This document shows, one piece after another, positions 61,901 through 64,000 of a stretch of DNA of 64,000 nt. A program made the position numbers and the translations under genes. The stretch lies in the NCBI GenBank assembly GCA_965112155.1, contig OZ218098.1, one strand, 5' to 3'. The notes below the pieces were generated by a model. That model made no database searches. It was given only the letters and a program-made list of their open reading frames with translations, and had not been told where the DNA came from. Position 1 is the stretch's first letter. The number at the start of each line of letters is the position of its first letter. This stretch comes from Podarcis liolepis. Lineage: Eukaryota.

Positions 61901-63319
61901 AATGTTTGGGATCTGAGACCTAAAATGGTTAGGTAGCTTGGGTTTCTGACTCACTAAAGCTAATTTTTATATTGTTTGCTATTGTTTTTGTCTAGAAGAC
62001 TCTAATTTATAAAGTTGATACTTGGGGCGTTTTACAGTAGTTTTACTGTTATTTCTACATAATGTTGCATGCTGCCTTGCAGGCTTTGTTTGGTGGGATT
62101 CAAGTTTTTAAAAATAAGTAAGTACAAACTTTAGAGGAATGTAGGAAAAAGCTTTGAACTTTGGAAAATCTAGAAGGTTGAGTTTAGAAACAGGGTATAA
62201 CGAGAAGCAGTTCCTTCTTAGGCAAACAAGTTCAACCGCTTCCTACAGAGTTATTTCCATGACTCAAGAAAGGAGCATTAGCTTCTGTCTACATTCCAAA
62301 ATAGCACAAATAAGCACGCATCATACACTGCCACACAGTGAATTTTGCACAAGGTAGCAGAACCTCTCCCAGATGTTTTTCATGGGATGGCAGACTACTA
62401 GGGCTAAAAGAGATTAACCAACTGTGAAGATGGGAAAAGCTAGAGCACCGCCAGACTCAAGAGAATAAAAAAAGATTCCAGCAAGACATGAATCTGCACA
62501 GCTGCTTGTACATTGTGAAATCAGACAGTGCACAATCTATAAGCTTCTGAAGAAAACCAAGAATCGCTCTTCCCAACTCCCACAATTTCTGCTTTTTGCT
62601 TTGAAACAAGAGGGAGGATGCCTGAGCAAGAAACCCTCATAGGAACAACTGAGCCTCAGGACAAATAATTAAAAAGTTAAGCCAACTTGTCCTCCCTGTT
62701 CCACTATCTTCTGCTCCCCCCCCCCACTACTATAACTGGAAAAAATTATGATAAATATCATAAATCAAGAATGAGAGGATGGAGGGGGGTTTGATGTAAA
62801 AGCATCCTCTATTGGTCACATTCTGCAAGCTATTCCACTCACTGTATTCTGGCAATGTGCTGCTCACCTGCTCAGCAGGATCACATATAAAAAGAAATCC
62901 AACTCAACCAATGAATGTGTGCACTCCAGTTGTACACTTAGGCCTATGTTGTGCAGTAGAACTTAATGCAACCTTGTAGGGATCCTTTTTCACCCCAAGT
63001 GAGAGCTGCAAGCCAAAAGGGGGCAGGGGGGGGGGAAAGGGGGAAAAACAACGAAATGCAATGCTAACAATGGCTGTATAGATCCAAGAGCTGGTGGTTC
63101 CATTTTCCAGACTGTAGTGCAAGGAGACTGGAATGCCCCCAATAACACATTTCTTCACCTAAGAAAGCAGCATAAATGTTGTAGCACTGGAGTTATATGG
63201 ACACCCCACCCTGGGTGTATATGAAAAGAGGTGCCTTGCCCACAGAATCTGCAACAGGGCAATTCCCAAACATATTTCAATAAGCTCACCATTATGCATA
63301 ATGACGCATTGGGTTCATT

Positions 63320-63530
63320 CCCCTCACAAAGCTACAATTCCCAGAGTGATTTAACAATCAGTCCCTCTTTCTCAGAGCACTCTGGAACAACTCTTAACTC
63401 TGTGAGGTGAACAAGGGTCTCCTGGCAACTCTCAGCACCCTTAATAAACTACAGTTCCCAGGATTCTTTGGAGGAAGCCATTAGCATTTAAAGTGATGTG
63501 GAAGGGCTTTAAATGGATGGTGTAGATGAC
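63320..63530. mobile_element. Lizard MITE fragment (related piece at ~19268-19400)
   Basis: Shared cagcacccttaa.aaactacag...gattctttg block. Confidence 0.5.
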
Positions 63531-64000
63531 GCCTTACGCAGCAAGTCACACAGATACACAGAGCAATGTTGCTGGACAAGCCTCATTGGGAGGCAGTATT
63601 TGGAAAAACACGGCTCTTCCAAAACATTACACTTCTTTAGACTGTCCAGCACCCTCAGTCTTGCCAACCCTTCTCATATAAATCATTCAGCATTCACAGA
63701 TGCAGTTATTACTGAGAACACCGTCTTTTTCCAGTTATTCCTAATGCCATTTATTTTGAGTCAGCATTTTCCATTTAGTCTGTGTTTTGTTTTTTTACAA
63801 AAACCACAGACTTCAGCCACTACAACTGTTTTCATTATTATTATTATTTATTTGCAAATTTAACAAAGAAGGGAAACAAAAAGGAAATTTTTAAAAATGA
63901 AGGGAGAAAAAGAGGCACTATATAAACAACAACAATAATTAAAAACACTGTCAGTTCACATTAAGGATACCTAGATCATGAAGTCATTACAGCCTTTCCA

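Noticed and set aside
1-64000. CRISPR arrays, operons or other prokaryotic systems; most short ORFs in the track
   Set aside because: This is intron-rich vertebrate DNA with no regularly spaced repeats; short ORFs outside the listed exons are at chance level

Overview
Vertebrate genomic DNA, almost certainly from a squamate and probably a lacertid lizard, judged from the Sauria SINE and lizard-type MITEs. It covers the conserved KALRN(+) - UMPS(+) - ITGB5(-) block. It holds the last 16 coding exons of KALRN (end of DH2, PH2, SH3-2, Ig, FN3, kinase; stop at 29608) with a long 3'UTR. It also holds a CpG-island promoter with the complete 6-exon UMPS gene (1431-nt CDS, 476 aa) and the last 5 coding exons of ITGB5. 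All exons have GT-AG boundaries, and I checked by hand that their phases join in frame. Introns carry SINEs, CR1/L2/L1 fragments and Tc1/mariner-, hAT- and PIF/Harbinger-type MITEs. The most interesting signal not explained by the canonical genes is a possible alternative-splicing hub in the KALRN linker between SH3-2 and Ig. It comprises a stop codon and 3'UTR/polyA signal inside intron E (Kalirin-9-like), a cryptic 71-nt exon behind a TAGTAGTAG triple acceptor, a candidate 25-nt neural-type microexon whose phase complements it, and a weak-site 60-nt cassette exon. These splicing calls are predictions from sequence and need RNA evidence. No prokaryote-type systems are present. Repeat boundaries are approximate unless TIR/TSD are stated.
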